Assembly: GCA_013265495.1 (NCBI GenBank) | Contig: MU058000.1 | Location: forward strand, 248,001 to 312,000 | Reading direction: 5' to 3' | Origin: Vicugna vicugna | Lineage: Eukaryota | DNA: 64,000 bases | In this document: piece by piece, positions 13,045 through 24,876 of the stretch | Numbering within the stretch: position 1 is the stretch's first letter | Layout of the letters: each line of letters opens with the position of its first letter | The notes under the pieces: model-generated | What the model was told of the DNA's origin: nothing | The model's database searches: none | Seen by the model: the letters and a program-made list of their open reading frames with translations, nothing else | Program-made: the position numbers and the translations under genes

Positions 13045-13168
13045 CTGTAAGAATACACTGAACATTGCAGAGGCCAGCAAAACATCAAAATGCAAATCTC
13101 AGACATCTAACTGTACAGTATACATCTCCTTAAGAAGCCCATGTTTTCTTTAGGAAATGTGTATACAG
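13045..13168 (-). pseudogene. Candidate fossil exon, REJ-like
   Basis: ttccag|CT...CAG|gtagct. VYTFPKENMGFL, then a frameshift, then EMYTVQLDV*DLHFDVLLASAMFSVFLQ. Confidence 0.45.
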
Positions 13169-14234
13169 CTGGAATTTTTATGAGTGTATGTGGGTTGCAT
13201 CACCCCCATTCAAGGAGTGATATACACACCCTTACACAGACACACAGAAACACAAGGCTAGTTCTCTCATAAGAAGTATAAGCACCATCATTCAAAGATC
13301 AGAGTGGAAAGAAAAAATAGAAGGGAGGCTACTGCTGAAAGGCCTTTATGTAAATGGAACATAAAAGTGCATTTCTTTGTGCATATTGTAAACACACAGG
13401 ATCACATAAATGTGTATGGGTCCAAGTAAACAAAGGTATGATACAGCAAGGTTTCTCAATGCTAACTTAGAACACACTAGTATCAGACAGGAACAGATCG
13501 AACTGCCTTCCCTATCCCTTCACACTCTCCACCTGAGAAAATCAAACCACATCCTAGAAGCAATACATCAATACCTTAAAAATCATGGAACATCTTAAGA
13601 ATAGCAATTTTGTCCAATCACTCAAATATATTATTAAAAGGCCAGTTCCACCTTAAACCAACTGAAAGTCAATATCACACTTGGAAAGGTATCAATTACA
13701 TAAGACTATTTTATTTTTTAAAATTTATTGTAATAACATCTGAAAAATATTCTTCCAAGTCATTAAGGCATAAAAACACTCTTCATACATACATTTTATC
13801 CTCCGAAAATCTGCCTCAGACCTACTTCGAAAACTACGTAAAATCCTAACCTCCCAGAAATCAACAAGTTAGTAAACAAGTGTTTTTTTGAACTCTTACT
13901 ATGTTCTACTGGGCAGGGCAAGGCTTATAAGATTAAAGATTAAAAACAAGATAATTCCAAACACTGACAGAGGCAATGAAGAAAATATATGAAATCGAGA
14001 AAACAAGTTGGAATTACTGAAGACAGCTTCTCTGTGGAGGTGACACTGAAGTCAAGAATGATAAGAAGGAAAAGCCCAAAGTCCAGGGTAAGAGCTTCCA
14101 AAAAATCAACAAAGGAACAAGTACAAATGGTCCAAGACAAGAATGAAATCTGCAGACTGAAAATTAGTAAAATAAAGAGGGACAAAGACTACGTGAAAGT
14201 TAAGCCAAGGAGTGCCTTGATCTACTTTAGATAA

Positions 14235-14430
14235 CAGCCATTTACTTGCTGCATGGCCTTGGGCAAATTTCTTAACCTTTTTGTACCTCAATTTCCTCAA
14301 TTATAAAATGGTGACAAGTAACAGCACCTAAGGCATAGAGTCGTGGTAAGGATTCACTGAGTGAAAATTTTAGTCCTTAGAACAGTGCGTGCACAGTAAA
14401 TTGTGAAATGATCTAACAGCTATTTCATTA
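14235..14430 (+). mobile_element. MIR SINE
   Basis: Core ccttgggcaaatttcttaacc...cctcaatttcctcaattataaaatgg. Confidence 0.85.
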
Positions 14431-14689
14431 ATATTACCCACATCATCATCAATTTTAAAATATTCAGTCTGCCTAGCAGATGAAATAAATAACTGCCTAA
14501 ATGCAAGAATGGAGACAGGTATAAACCAGTTAGGAGGTCAGTGCAAAAATGTCCAGGGAAAAGTTGACTTTGAACCAAGATTACAGAATGGGACAGACTT
14601 GGAATATAGTTTATAGGCAGAGCTGATAATACTGTTTAAAGAATTGAATATGCAGAGTGAAGGAAGGAATAGAAATAAAGTGACATTCC

Positions 14690-15590
14690 TATTTTTTAAC
14701 AGCTTAATTGAGATATAATTCATATACCATACAAATCACCCATTTAAAGTGTACAGTTCAATGGCTTTAAGTGTGCTCACAAAATTGTACAACCATCAGC
14801 ACAATTTTAGAACATTGTCATTACTCCAAAAAGAAACCCTGTACCAATTAGCTGACACGTCCTCATCCACCCATTCCTCCGCAGTCCTGGTCCTACACAA
14901 CCACTCATCTATTTTTCTGCCTCTATAAATTTGCCTACTGGGGACATTTGACATAAATGGAATCATATAACATGTAGTTCTTTGTGACTGACTTCTTTCA
15001 CTTAGCTTAATGTTTTCAAGGTTCACCCATGTTGTAAAATTTATCAGTACTATATTTCTTCTCATTGCTAAATAATATTCCACTGTATAGTTATACTACA
15101 TTTTATTTATCCACTCACCTGTTGATGAATGTCTGAGTTGCTTCTACTTTGAGGCTATCATGAACATTTGGCTGCTATGAATATTCATGTACAAGTCTTT
15201 ATGTGGACATGTGTTTTCAGTTCTCTTGGGTCTATCTATACAGTGGAATAAAAACGCTAAGTATTATTGTAATTCTTTATTTAACTTTTTAGATAACTGC
15301 CAGACTGCTTTCCAAAGGGGCTATACCATTTTACATTCTCACCAGCAGTGTGTGAAGGTTCTAATATCTCCACATCCTCTCCAATAATTATCTGCCTTTC
15401 AGATTACAGCTATCCTGGTGGGTGTGAAATGGTATCATGTTGTGGTTTTGATTTGCATTTCCCTGATGGACAATGATGTTGAGCATCTTTTCATGTGCTC
15501 ATTAGCCATTTTATATCTCCTTTGGAGAACTGCCTATTCAGACCTTTGCCCATTTTTAAATTGAGTTATTTGACATCTCATCACTGATTT
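14690..15590 (-). mobile_element. L1MB-type 3' end
   Basis: ttgagatataattcatatacc...ttaaagtgtacagttcaatgg...tttgatttgcatttccctgatg...gttgagcatcttttcatgtgc. Confidence 0.9.
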
Positions 15591-16158
15591 GTAGGAACAA
15601 AGCAAAATACCTTAAGCAAAGCAAAGGTTAACTGAGAAAGAAATAATGGCCATACCCAGCATGTCACGATGGTTCACAAAATTCGTAAACTCTTAAGGGC
15701 AAGAACTCTGCAATCATTTACTTTGAATGATACTTGTCCTTTGCAGAGTGACTAGTGGAATTGGAAGTCAAATACTTTGAAGAGCAAATGAAAATACTGA
15801 AAATAGAATGCTTGAAGCATGAAGAAAGTGTCATTATCTTCTTTATCTAGCCTTAGATAGAAAGCTGTAACATTTAGAACTCATTTCCTATACATACGAA
15901 CAACTAAATTTCACTGCATGGGTCAATTCAAATCTGTTGGCAGGAGCTACCTAGAACAAGGTTTTAGGAGGGATGCTGAAGTTGTAGCTGACCCAGATGA
16001 CACTAACTTCAGTAACGCCTACCATGAGCATCAGAAGATGAGAATGGTGGTATGTGAGGCAGGGCACCATCCCTAAGAAAGTATAAAAGCAATTCAAAAA
16101 GATGCTTTAAGCTATACAGGTTAATCTAAAATTCAGAGATACTTAGAGTATACTCTTA

Positions 16159-16194
16159 ATCGCTTCTCAGTCTTTTGGCTAAGATCAAGTGTAG
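16159..16194 (+). pseudogene. 3'-truncated U2 snRNA retrocopy (U2 nt 1-36)
   Basis: atcgcttctcagtcttttggctaagatcaagtgtag vs U2 ATCGCTTCTCGGCCTTTTGGCTAAGATCAAGTGTAG (2 mismatches). Flanked by agagtatactctta / agaatatactctta. Confidence 0.93.
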
Positions 16195-16309
16195 AATATA
16201 CTCTTAATATTTGAAAATGATCAAATGAAACATAACTGTGGTTCCACCAAAGCATCCATGGGGCCAGTGTCAGAATCAGGATATTGAGTCAAATGGACCA
16301 GTGATCTAC

Positions 16310-16375
16310 CTGAGTATGCCATTTCATATGCATCTTCACAGAGCCTCCACTCCCTAATATTGATTTTCATGTAAC
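16310..16375 (-). pseudogene. Candidate fossil exon (66 nt, phase 1-1)
   Basis: ctttattag|GT...CAG|gtagat. (G)YMKINIREWRLCEDAYEMAYS, open; no domain recognised. Confidence 0.4.
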
Positions 16376-18009
16376 CTAATAAAGCCAAAATGGTGAGCCT
16401 GTTATTTCCCCACATAAGTGAACATGTGAATTAAACTAGAATGATATCAGTAAGTCTTACACAATTCAATAGCAATGACTTGACTTGTATAAATAAAAAG
16501 TCAAATTATCAATGCAATTCATTAATTCTAGTATGGGGATAATTTCAGATTAGCAGGTATTCATATCACTTTCAACTTTTTAACAAGTTTCATAGTATTT
16601 ACTTCTAAGTTTTAGTAAAAATAATGCTGACTCAAAAAAATTAAAATAACTAGTTTCAATGGACCCAAAATTTATATGGCACAAAAATACAATAATTTTA
16701 GCAACAAAATGATATAGTTCACAAATGTATAACCATTTTATACTATACATCTATCACATACAGACATTTTACTTCTGTAGGTTCTCAGAAATTGAAGGAA
16801 TATTGGAAAAAATTCTGAACAGAAAATACACAGCAGCAGAGAAAGTGGAACCATCATTTCCAAAGTAAATAGAATTAGTTTAGCATGATCTTGTAGTGAT
16901 GCTGAGAAATATTTTTTAATTTAACACAAGAAAACAAAATGGATTCTGATAGTCCCTTGCTGTATGTTTTTAGGGATGTGATTGGTAACATTAATTGCTC
17001 AAGATTCTGCTTGTAAGGGAGGGATAGCCAAGGTTAGCTGGTTCAGGGCAAAAGGGAAGAAATGAAACACAGCGTCTTATCAAGAAAGGCCCAGGCACAA
17101 ATGAGGGTAAATGGTACCAGGGTCTGACACCAGCAAGCCTGTCACTTGCCCCACATCTTTAGTTTTTTGTTTTTTGGTTTTTTTTCCTGAGTGTTGACTT
17201 ACTTCTCTGCTGTCAGTTTTCTTCTCTTGACATGGAATATGATCTCTGGCAGAGAAGGTCTGTAACCTTTCAGGACCATGTCCAAAGCATAAAAAGAGGT
17301 TCACTCTCCTATTTTGAGTTTGAAATTTTCAATCAAAGAAGGCCTCAGAATGAACTAGACTGGACCTCTTGAAACAGTCCCTGTGGTGAGAGAGAATGAG
17401 CTACCAGGTCACGTCAGGCCTGGATATAACAGCCATCCATGTGAGTCAGGAAATGAAAGGTTTAGAATAAAGAGGGACATGCGGTAAGAGAGTGACCCAA
17501 ATAGTATTACAATTTTGCAACATTGGTAGATGAAATTTGAGAAGTGAGAAAATGAAGTTGGGAAAAATAGTTGAGGATGCAATGATGGCGATCCAGGTAC
17601 TAAAGGGCAAAAAACAAAACAAAACAAAACAAGAAAGAAACCCTGAACAAAAATAAGGCCAGTCAAAACGTGTTAAGAATTTAAGGCTCAAGTTGAGAGG
17701 TGAAATGGATGAAGCTGGAAAGCAGGCAGAAGCCAAACTGGGAGGACCACTGCAAATCATGGTAAAGAACTTGGATTTTTTTCCTCAAGTGCATGAATAT
17801 TGAAGGGCAGAGGTACGGTAATAAGATGGTATAATTTATGTTCCAAAATAATTTCTCCCGGCTGCTGAGTGGTGAATGACGTGGTGTGGGTCACAGTTCA
17901 ATAGGACAGAACAAGAAGACAGTCATTTCTTGCACTCCCAGTCAAGCCACGTTTTACAAATGAATCTCTTCTACATTATCCATAGATCCAAAGTCTTGTC
18001 ACTCGATCT

Positions 18010-18140
18010 CCATGAGTTTCAATTTCCTCAGCAATAAATCAGGAATAAAATACCTATCTCAAATGAAATATTATCTGAGAAATTATGTAACATGTCTAAC
18101 ATAGAACTTGGCATGTGGCAGACATTCAAAAAATATTAGG
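18010..18140 (+). mobile_element. MIR fragment
   Basis: tcaatttcctcagcaataaa...cttggcatgtggcagacattcaaaaaatattag. Confidence 0.6.
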
Positions 18141-18509
18141 TCCCTTTTCATTTACTTCCTGTGTAGCTAATAAAATCCCTTCCAAATTCATTAGAAGGTG
18201 CTAACTTTTGAAAAATAAAAAGTTAGAGCCAAATAACTTGGTCTAGGCAGTCGAAACATTGCCTAAGCAATTTAGACTCTGTAGTCTGAGTGGAAAATAA
18301 CCTTGACCAGAGCAAAATATTTACTAAGTTCTACACTCTAAACTAAAGACAATATGACCTTGTACTCCAAAGAATGAACCCTGTATTCAATAACTATCCA
18401 CATTCTTTACTGCAATCTACACAACGCACAGAAAAATCTAAAGGAGGTAAAGTAATCTCCTTGAAATGTCCTTCCTTCTGATTTGCTAAAGTTATCTTTG
18501 TCTCCTGAC

Positions 18510-18543
18510 CAGCTGCATAAATAATCATGTTACTCTCCGCCAC
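18510..18543 (-). pseudogene. Fossil exon, C-terminus of WSC-like repeat 3
   Basis: aaaaacag|GTGGCGGAGAGTAACATGATTATTTATGCAGCTG|gtcagg. Reads (C)GG[E]SNMIIYAA if a 2-nt AG deletion is allowed. Confidence 0.6.
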
Positions 18544-18849
18544 CTGTTTTTAAGCAGATGCAAAGAAAATTGGAAAACACAAGGAAGCTAACCTATGCAA
18601 ATCATTTCTATACATCTTTAATTTGCCTGCATATATTTTGGTACAGTCTTGTTGTAAGATGCCTTACATCATTTTTTAGATAAAAATTTTTTCATAAATT
18701 TGAAATAACAGAGTATATGAGCTTCTGTTTACATTCATCATCTAGGACTTCATAGAGTTCTCAACACTTGTAGGAGTCCTACTACCACAGACAAATCTCT
18801 CATCAAAGGAATGATGAGATGAAACAATGCTCAATACAGGTGTTCTAAG

Positions 18850-19157
18850 GTGTGCTGTCTCAGATTCTGCCATGAACCACATAAGGCTACTGAGCATCTG
18901 AAATGTGGCTCACTGGAACTGAGGCGTGCTCAACAGGTAAAATATGGGCGAGGTTTCAAAAGATCCATATGAAAAATAAATGTAAAATAATTCAGTAACT
19001 TTTCATATTGATTACAATTGAAATGCTCATATTTAGGATACAATGGGCTATATAAAATATTAAAATTAAATTCACATTTCCTTTTTTACCTTTCTTAATG
19101 TGACTTTTAAATAGCATGTAGCTAATATTTGTGTCTCATTTCTTTTTGGACAGCACT
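18850..19157. mobile_element. MER33-type hAT-Charlie DNA transposon
   Basis: gctgtc...ccacataaggctactgagcatctgaaatgtggct...tattgattac...ttggacagcact; about 310 bp with terminal inverted repeats. Confidence 0.8.
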
Positions 19158-19974
19158 ACTCTACGATGCTGTGCATTTTTAATTAAATCAACTCAGTGTA
19201 AAGCTGTTTTTTAACTCAGGATATAAGTACACAAATAGATGAGTAAGTAAATAAATGGATAAATAAATTTACGATTTATCTCTGGTTAAATGATTTCACA
19301 ATCTTGCTTAATTGAGAGGAATGCTATCTAAATAATTAGGTAAAGATTAAAGTTGACACTACATTTCATCTAATGAATAAACATGTTTAAAGTAAATGCT
19401 CATGCGTCACACATGGTGATAAGTCATGGAATATCAATATACTTAAGACAAGGTCTATGCTTTCATGATTCATAGTTTTCTGGAAGGATGTAAACAAGAA
19501 AACGAGTAAGTGCAGAAAATACTTTCTGATGCTGTGAGGAAGGCATTGAGTTCTCTAAAAGAAATGGGTGGTGGCACTTTCTTGTTTCAGAGAATGGATA
19601 GCGCTGCTGATCTTTAGTGTGTGGAGATAAACAAATATCCTTCAATGTGTGGGAGCATCCTGTACCACAATGAACAATCCAATTCAAAACATTCACAGTG
19701 CTCCCTGAACTAGGCAATTCCACAGCCAAATACTCAGAGACTCCACTCTGACTGCAATCAATTTAAGATACACAAAACCATCTCAGTTCTTTCATGTATA
19801 AATACACATGAAGATACATAAACATATCACATACACTTATATATATATATCGTGCCAATAATATATTTTGCCATTCTCAAAGAAAAAAATAAATTATCTG
19901 AAACATTTAAAGGCTATAAAACAGAGTTTCCATATATAAGCAAATAACTTCTTTAAAAAAAATTTCCCACTTAC

Positions 19975-20018
19975 ACACACTTTGTTACTGAGCAGAATAT
20001 CAATCTTGCCATTCTTAT
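19975..20018 (-). pseudogene. Fossil exon, WSC-like repeat 3 (about 44 nt; acceptor uncertain)
   Basis: Ends T|gtaagt. *EWQD*YSAQ*QSV(C); spacing fits C-x3-C-x7-CGG if TGG and TAT derive from Cys codons. Confidence 0.55.
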
Positions 20019-20395
20019 CTAATTCTCAGTTGACAAATAAGCAGAGAGAGAGAAGAGGAAAAAAAATCCCTTTCTGTCATTTGTCAGAGAGATCACTTTT
20101 AATTCCTTTTAACCATGAGAAATGCCAATATAGAATAGTATGATGAGCAAGCGATAGTCACTACTTAACATAAAACACCAGAATCATTAAGAGACAAGTC
20201 AAACCACCACAAGCAGAAATTAAGGCATTAATTATTTGATAACAATAAGTATGTATGAAATCCATAAAAACATCACACCTTAAGGTCAAACGTGATCATC
20301 TCTCCACCCAAATCAAAGAAAGATCCTTTGAAGAACTTACACTCTAGAATCTTATTCAGGCTCAAGGCAATAGGAAAGCTTTAATTCATACTTAC

Positions 20396-20477
20396 ATCTG
20401 AGGTAACAAAGCTATTTGCCTCAAAAATAAGGATGTAGTACCCTTTTCAGAATGCCTACTACATAACTTAATTATGC
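20396..20477 (-). pseudogene. Fossil exon, WSC-like repeat 3 (82 nt)
   Basis: cttcttatag|GCA...AT|gtaagt. A*LSYVVGILK, then a frameshift, then KGTTSLFLRQIALLPQ. The TCC and TTT codons sit at the expected C-x-C positions. Confidence 0.6.
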
Positions 20478-20877
20478 CTATAAGAAGTGCAAAACTTTGA
20501 ACCACAAATTATGGAGGGAAATCTAGCATAATGGTGGAACAGCATCCAAAAATTGATACCCTTTCTGCATTAAAATATTCAGGGCTAATTGTGATTTTAG
20601 CACTTGTTTTTATCCTTGCTTTGTTCAGTGGCCAAACTTAAACACTTCTCATCTCCTTCAATGAAAAGTGGCGCTATTATGTTCCTGGAAGCATGAGCAG
20701 GGTTCCTCAAAGCCTAATTTTAAGGTCTTAATTGGCTGAGGCAATGGGAGACCATACAAAGCCCACTTCACAGAGAAGGGCAAGATTGCCAGGTCACTTA
20801 AGAACAGATGAAGAGCTAACTGGAAGCTATTGCTGAAATGTTAATGTTCTGGGAAGTTTTACCAAATAGTAACTTAC

Positions 20878-20933
20878 ACAGAATGGAACACAATCATCCA
20901 ACATAACACAGAACCCAGAGGTGTCGAAGTCAG
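20878..20933 (-). pseudogene. Fossil exon, WSC-like repeat 3 (56 nt, phase 1-0)
   Basis: tttctaccag|CT...TGT|gtaagt. (A)DFDTSGFCVMLDDCVPFC, open, with the WSC C-x3-C motif. Confidence 0.72.
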
Positions 20934-22674
20934 CTGGTAGAAACAGAATAATTAAAACAGAAACAGTTACCTTCACTCAATAAATGAGTTTCATAACAAG
21001 CCAAGGAAGCTTTATGGAGACTGGGTACTTGATTGGTTCTGTGGTGTGTTGTTGACATCAAACATTCAGCTATATCTTCTCATAACCTCTAAGTCCAGAA
21101 ACCACGCGCTTATAATTCCAGAAGGTTGTTACTTAACTAACACTTTTGTTGATTTGGAACTACTGGACCTGAAGTCTATTTTTACCTTTGCAAAGTTGAA
21201 TAACCATCCATCCACTCATTTAGCCACCCAACATTTATAATGTCTTATGTGACAGAAGACACTTAAGACATTGAATAAAATTATCTTGGCCCTCAGGCAG
21301 TTCATTATTATTTAACTAATAATAATTAATAATTCATCAACATACACCCATTATAAAAACATCCAGTTTGGAATAATTTTAAGTAAATTAATTCTTTCAT
21401 CATCAACTCTAACCACTGATGAAAGGCTCCCAAAACAAATCAACAGAACTAATTTTTATTCGTGAAATTCGAGATTATGAAAAAAGAAAAGTTAAAGTTC
21501 CAGAATTAACCTAAAAAAAACTTTTAAATCAACTTATGTTCACATTAACAATAAAGACATGTAATTTTTAAAAGGTATCAAGAAATTTATGCTGTGCGGT
21601 TGATAACAGTGAGGACTTACTACTGATTTCCATTTACCAACAGACACTAAAATGCTTATAAATTTGTTTTACTTTGCTGTTACAAAAAAATACAGTAAGA
21701 GGCTTACTTATTTATTTTGCAGGATAGTTCCCCATGAAATTAATACTTTCTGCTTACATACTCTGGATTACTATCTATTTGTTTCCTCCTTGTCCATTCA
21801 TTGGTTACTTTTCTCAAAAACTATTTATTGTGTATCTACTATATTTTGCTGTAAAGAATAAGAAAAACCAAGATGCCTGTTGTCATTAAGTTCTACCTCC
21901 ACCTGCCCCTATTACATACCAAAAGTGTTTTATTTGTGTGATTTTTTTTTCTCTATCATCCACTGAAATTCAAATCTTAGGTATGGTCTAACTTATACTT
22001 ATTTTCCCAGGGCCTTTTACTGAAGAAAATTTACTCCTTTATTTCTATTATATATTCTAGAACAAAAGTTCCCTCTTTTTCAAATTATCCCCAATAGGAA
22101 TGTCTGGCAACTGATGAAAACTGAATATACAATCAGGAAAAGTTCTATAATTCTAAGAATTATAATACCGTAGAATTTGGTACAGGAGAAAGTTCACATC
22201 GATGAGGACACTGTACTTCACAATGAAAATTAAGGCCTAAGAGAAAAACCTCCTTTTGGAGAAAATACGCAGCATTTAAAAAGAAAACCTGGAAATCCTA
22301 AATGGTATTAATTCCAATTAATTAAGTTAACATGGAGTAATTAGACACTGGTATTTTTCAGCTACATCTGCAGAAAGGTCGTATTTAGAAATTACAAATG
22401 AGGTAAATGAGATCCAAAAAAAAAAGTGTCTCCCCAAAACAGGTCTTCAAATAAACGCTCTAACCATTCACTTTTTCTGTTCCTTCACCTAGAATGAGAA
22501 AATGGAAGAAGCAGTATAAAGTACTCTGCATTTAAAAAAAAAAAGAACCCCGAAAAGATCCTTTTTGTGGGCAATCAGCACGTCTCCCCTTTCCTTTCCC
22601 AATCTCCAGATTCCCCAAAGCACAGGTACTTCCGCCATCTCCTTGCACCTCAGAAACCAGCAGACATCACCTAC

Positions 22675-22757
22675 CTCCTATCACCAAGACAGCGCTGACG
22701 TGTCTGATGCAGCCAAAGAGACTGGTGTTAATAACGTCTGACTAGTAGGGAAACTTT
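22675..22757 (-). pseudogene. Fossil exon, start of WSC-like repeat 3 (83 nt, phase 2-1)
   Basis: cttttattag|A...G|gtaggt. KFPY*SDVINTSLFGCIRHVSAVLVIG; LFGC resembles the WSC YLGC start. Confidence 0.65.
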
Positions 22758-23420
22758 CTAATAAAAGAAGAACAAAGAAAAACTTCTCTTTATGAGTTTT
22801 ATCAGAATCTACAGTTTATATTCCCTCAGGGCGTTTACAGCATTTCATAGCTACAGATGATAAGAAATAATCCCTTCAGTTTCCTGTTCAGAAGCTTCTT
22901 TGGAAGTACCAAACCTTATGAAAAAAAGCTCTAGAACCAACTAGAGCCCCTCCATCAACACTTTTTCCCTTCTGTGAAACACACATCTACAACCATATAA
23001 TCCTTTTCACAGCCTTATTTGTAATCTCTTCTGCAATCCTTATCTGAATTAGAATTTTAAATTTAAAATTAAACAGTAGTCTCTTTCACATATGGAACCA
23101 AATGGAACACACACTCCAAAGACACTAATACTAACAGGTAGTCACTAAATATAAGTCAATTTTGACTTTCCTATGGCTTGCCTGAGCAAAGCAAGTACTT
23201 TCATTAGTACAAATTGAACTGAAGGTGAAAAAAAGTAAACCATACAGCCAAATATGCATTATACAGTCATGGATCTCATTTCTTAATTCTGTCCGGGTAA
23301 TGAGAAGAATAAATGGATCGTTTCTTTAAAAATTTTTTCTAATTATAAAACAATTTTTAAAAAGTATGTGGATATTTCAAGGAGAAGGGGGGAAAGCAAG
23401 CATAGTTAATTACTACATAC

Positions 23421-23482
23421 CAATTTCTTACAAAATGGACTTCAGGACTGAGATGCTAAACGGTGAATAAAGTATTTGAGAA
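23421..23482 (-). pseudogene. Fossil exon, repeat 2 part c (62 nt, phase 0-2)
   Basis: tatttctag|TTC...TG|gtatgt. FSNTLFTV*HLSPEVHFVRN; the start resembles CSEKLLS in repeat 1. Confidence 0.55.
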
Positions 23483-24765
23483 CTAGAAATATAAAAGGAG
23501 GAAGGTATTTCAAGGTGCTCTGGAGGAAAACGGAACCAAACTGCAAATGAAAAATAAACTAGAAATTTAGATGGAGCTAGAGCTGTGGAAAAGTAATAAG
23601 ATGTTTAGTCACCTGGATATGGTCATGAGGGCGTGGAAATTGAAAGACCAATACACAACCATTGTAAAAAAGTTCAAACTGGTTTCCAAGGAGACATACA
23701 TGTGACACCAAACAACATTCATGTCTTGTCTAACACCAACCTTAGCTGAGGACTTACACAAAAACAAGGTTACAACTGAACCTGGGGAAGAAGTTAAAAG
23801 AGTAATAGAATGAAGATCCATTTAAAGTTTAAAAAATTAACCAATAGAAAAAGGTTTTGCATGCAGAAGCCTCAGGAGAAAGCACAGGCATCCATCCCAG
23901 CTCATCCCAGATGTCAAAGAAAGTAACTCTCCGCCAGAAAGTACATTTTAAGTATCTGTTCCACAGACCCCAAACAGAAGGGGGAAAGCAGCACAGGTAC
24001 ACATTTCTAAGGGAGCCGTGTGAAAAGTATTAGTACTGATTTCAAATCAAAAGGGCATAAAGATATTCTAAATTCTTATCAACTGTATTCTTAATGTATT
24101 TAAGTCAAAGTTTTTTAATTTTCTCTTAATAACTGATAGATTATTTCTCTGACTGGATTAAGAGAAGGGCCAAAAAAATGTAATAATTTTTAGATTTAAA
24201 GCAGAAAATTAGTATGAACATATATGCAGAACAGTATAAATGCAGTAGGCCAGAATTTTTACTTTGATTTCCAACTGAAACGTAACCACACTTTAGTTTT
24301 TTTCTCTTTCAAATAGTTTACTTTTTGAGAATTTTTACGTGAATGTTGCTTGAAAACAGGGAGTTTCATTGAAATTGACTTGCCTTCTCCTCCCTTAATG
24401 AACACTGTTATAAGCATATTTAGTGAAATATTATGGGAATTAGTATGTTTAGAGAATATCCCCAAAGATGTATTACACACAGAAGCCATTTTCTCTTCAC
24501 TGTACTATCCTAAAAAACATTTTAACCTCACCATGAACAAAGATACAAATACTAAAGTGAACTCATCAGAGGCCCCGTAGATACAGAACAAGAGGCCATG
24601 TCACCTAGATACATACCTCTGTGAAATGTTCACATTAAGTAGCCAGAGCCGCGAAGAACTTCCTTAAATGAGAGCTCACAATTTCAGGTGAAAGAAGGAT
24701 AAGAGAACTAACTTCTATGATTATTTATTTATAATCATTAGCATTTCATTGCAGCTAAATCATAC

Positions 24766-24845
24766 TACACAGATGTCTCCCCTTCTAAAGATATTTGAAG
24801 AAAGAACTCCTTCTAAGTGCCATAAACATTTTAGTTTCTAGTAAC
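24766..24845 (-). pseudogene. Fossil exon, WSC-like repeat 2 part b (80 nt, phase 1-0)
   Basis: (G)Y*KLKCLWHLEGVLSSNIFRRGDICV|gtatga. Acceptor has decayed to gg. Paralog of 34571-34650. Confidence 0.78.
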
Positions 24846-24876
24846 CCCACAGAATCAAAAACTTCTTACATTTTAG

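Noticed and set aside
20971..21168. Possible extra fossil exon ending LACYETHLLSE|gtaact
   Set aside because: It has four stops and a poor pyrimidine tract, and would leave only a 37-nt intron before the 20933 acceptor. The 22675 exon supplies the same phase more plausibly.
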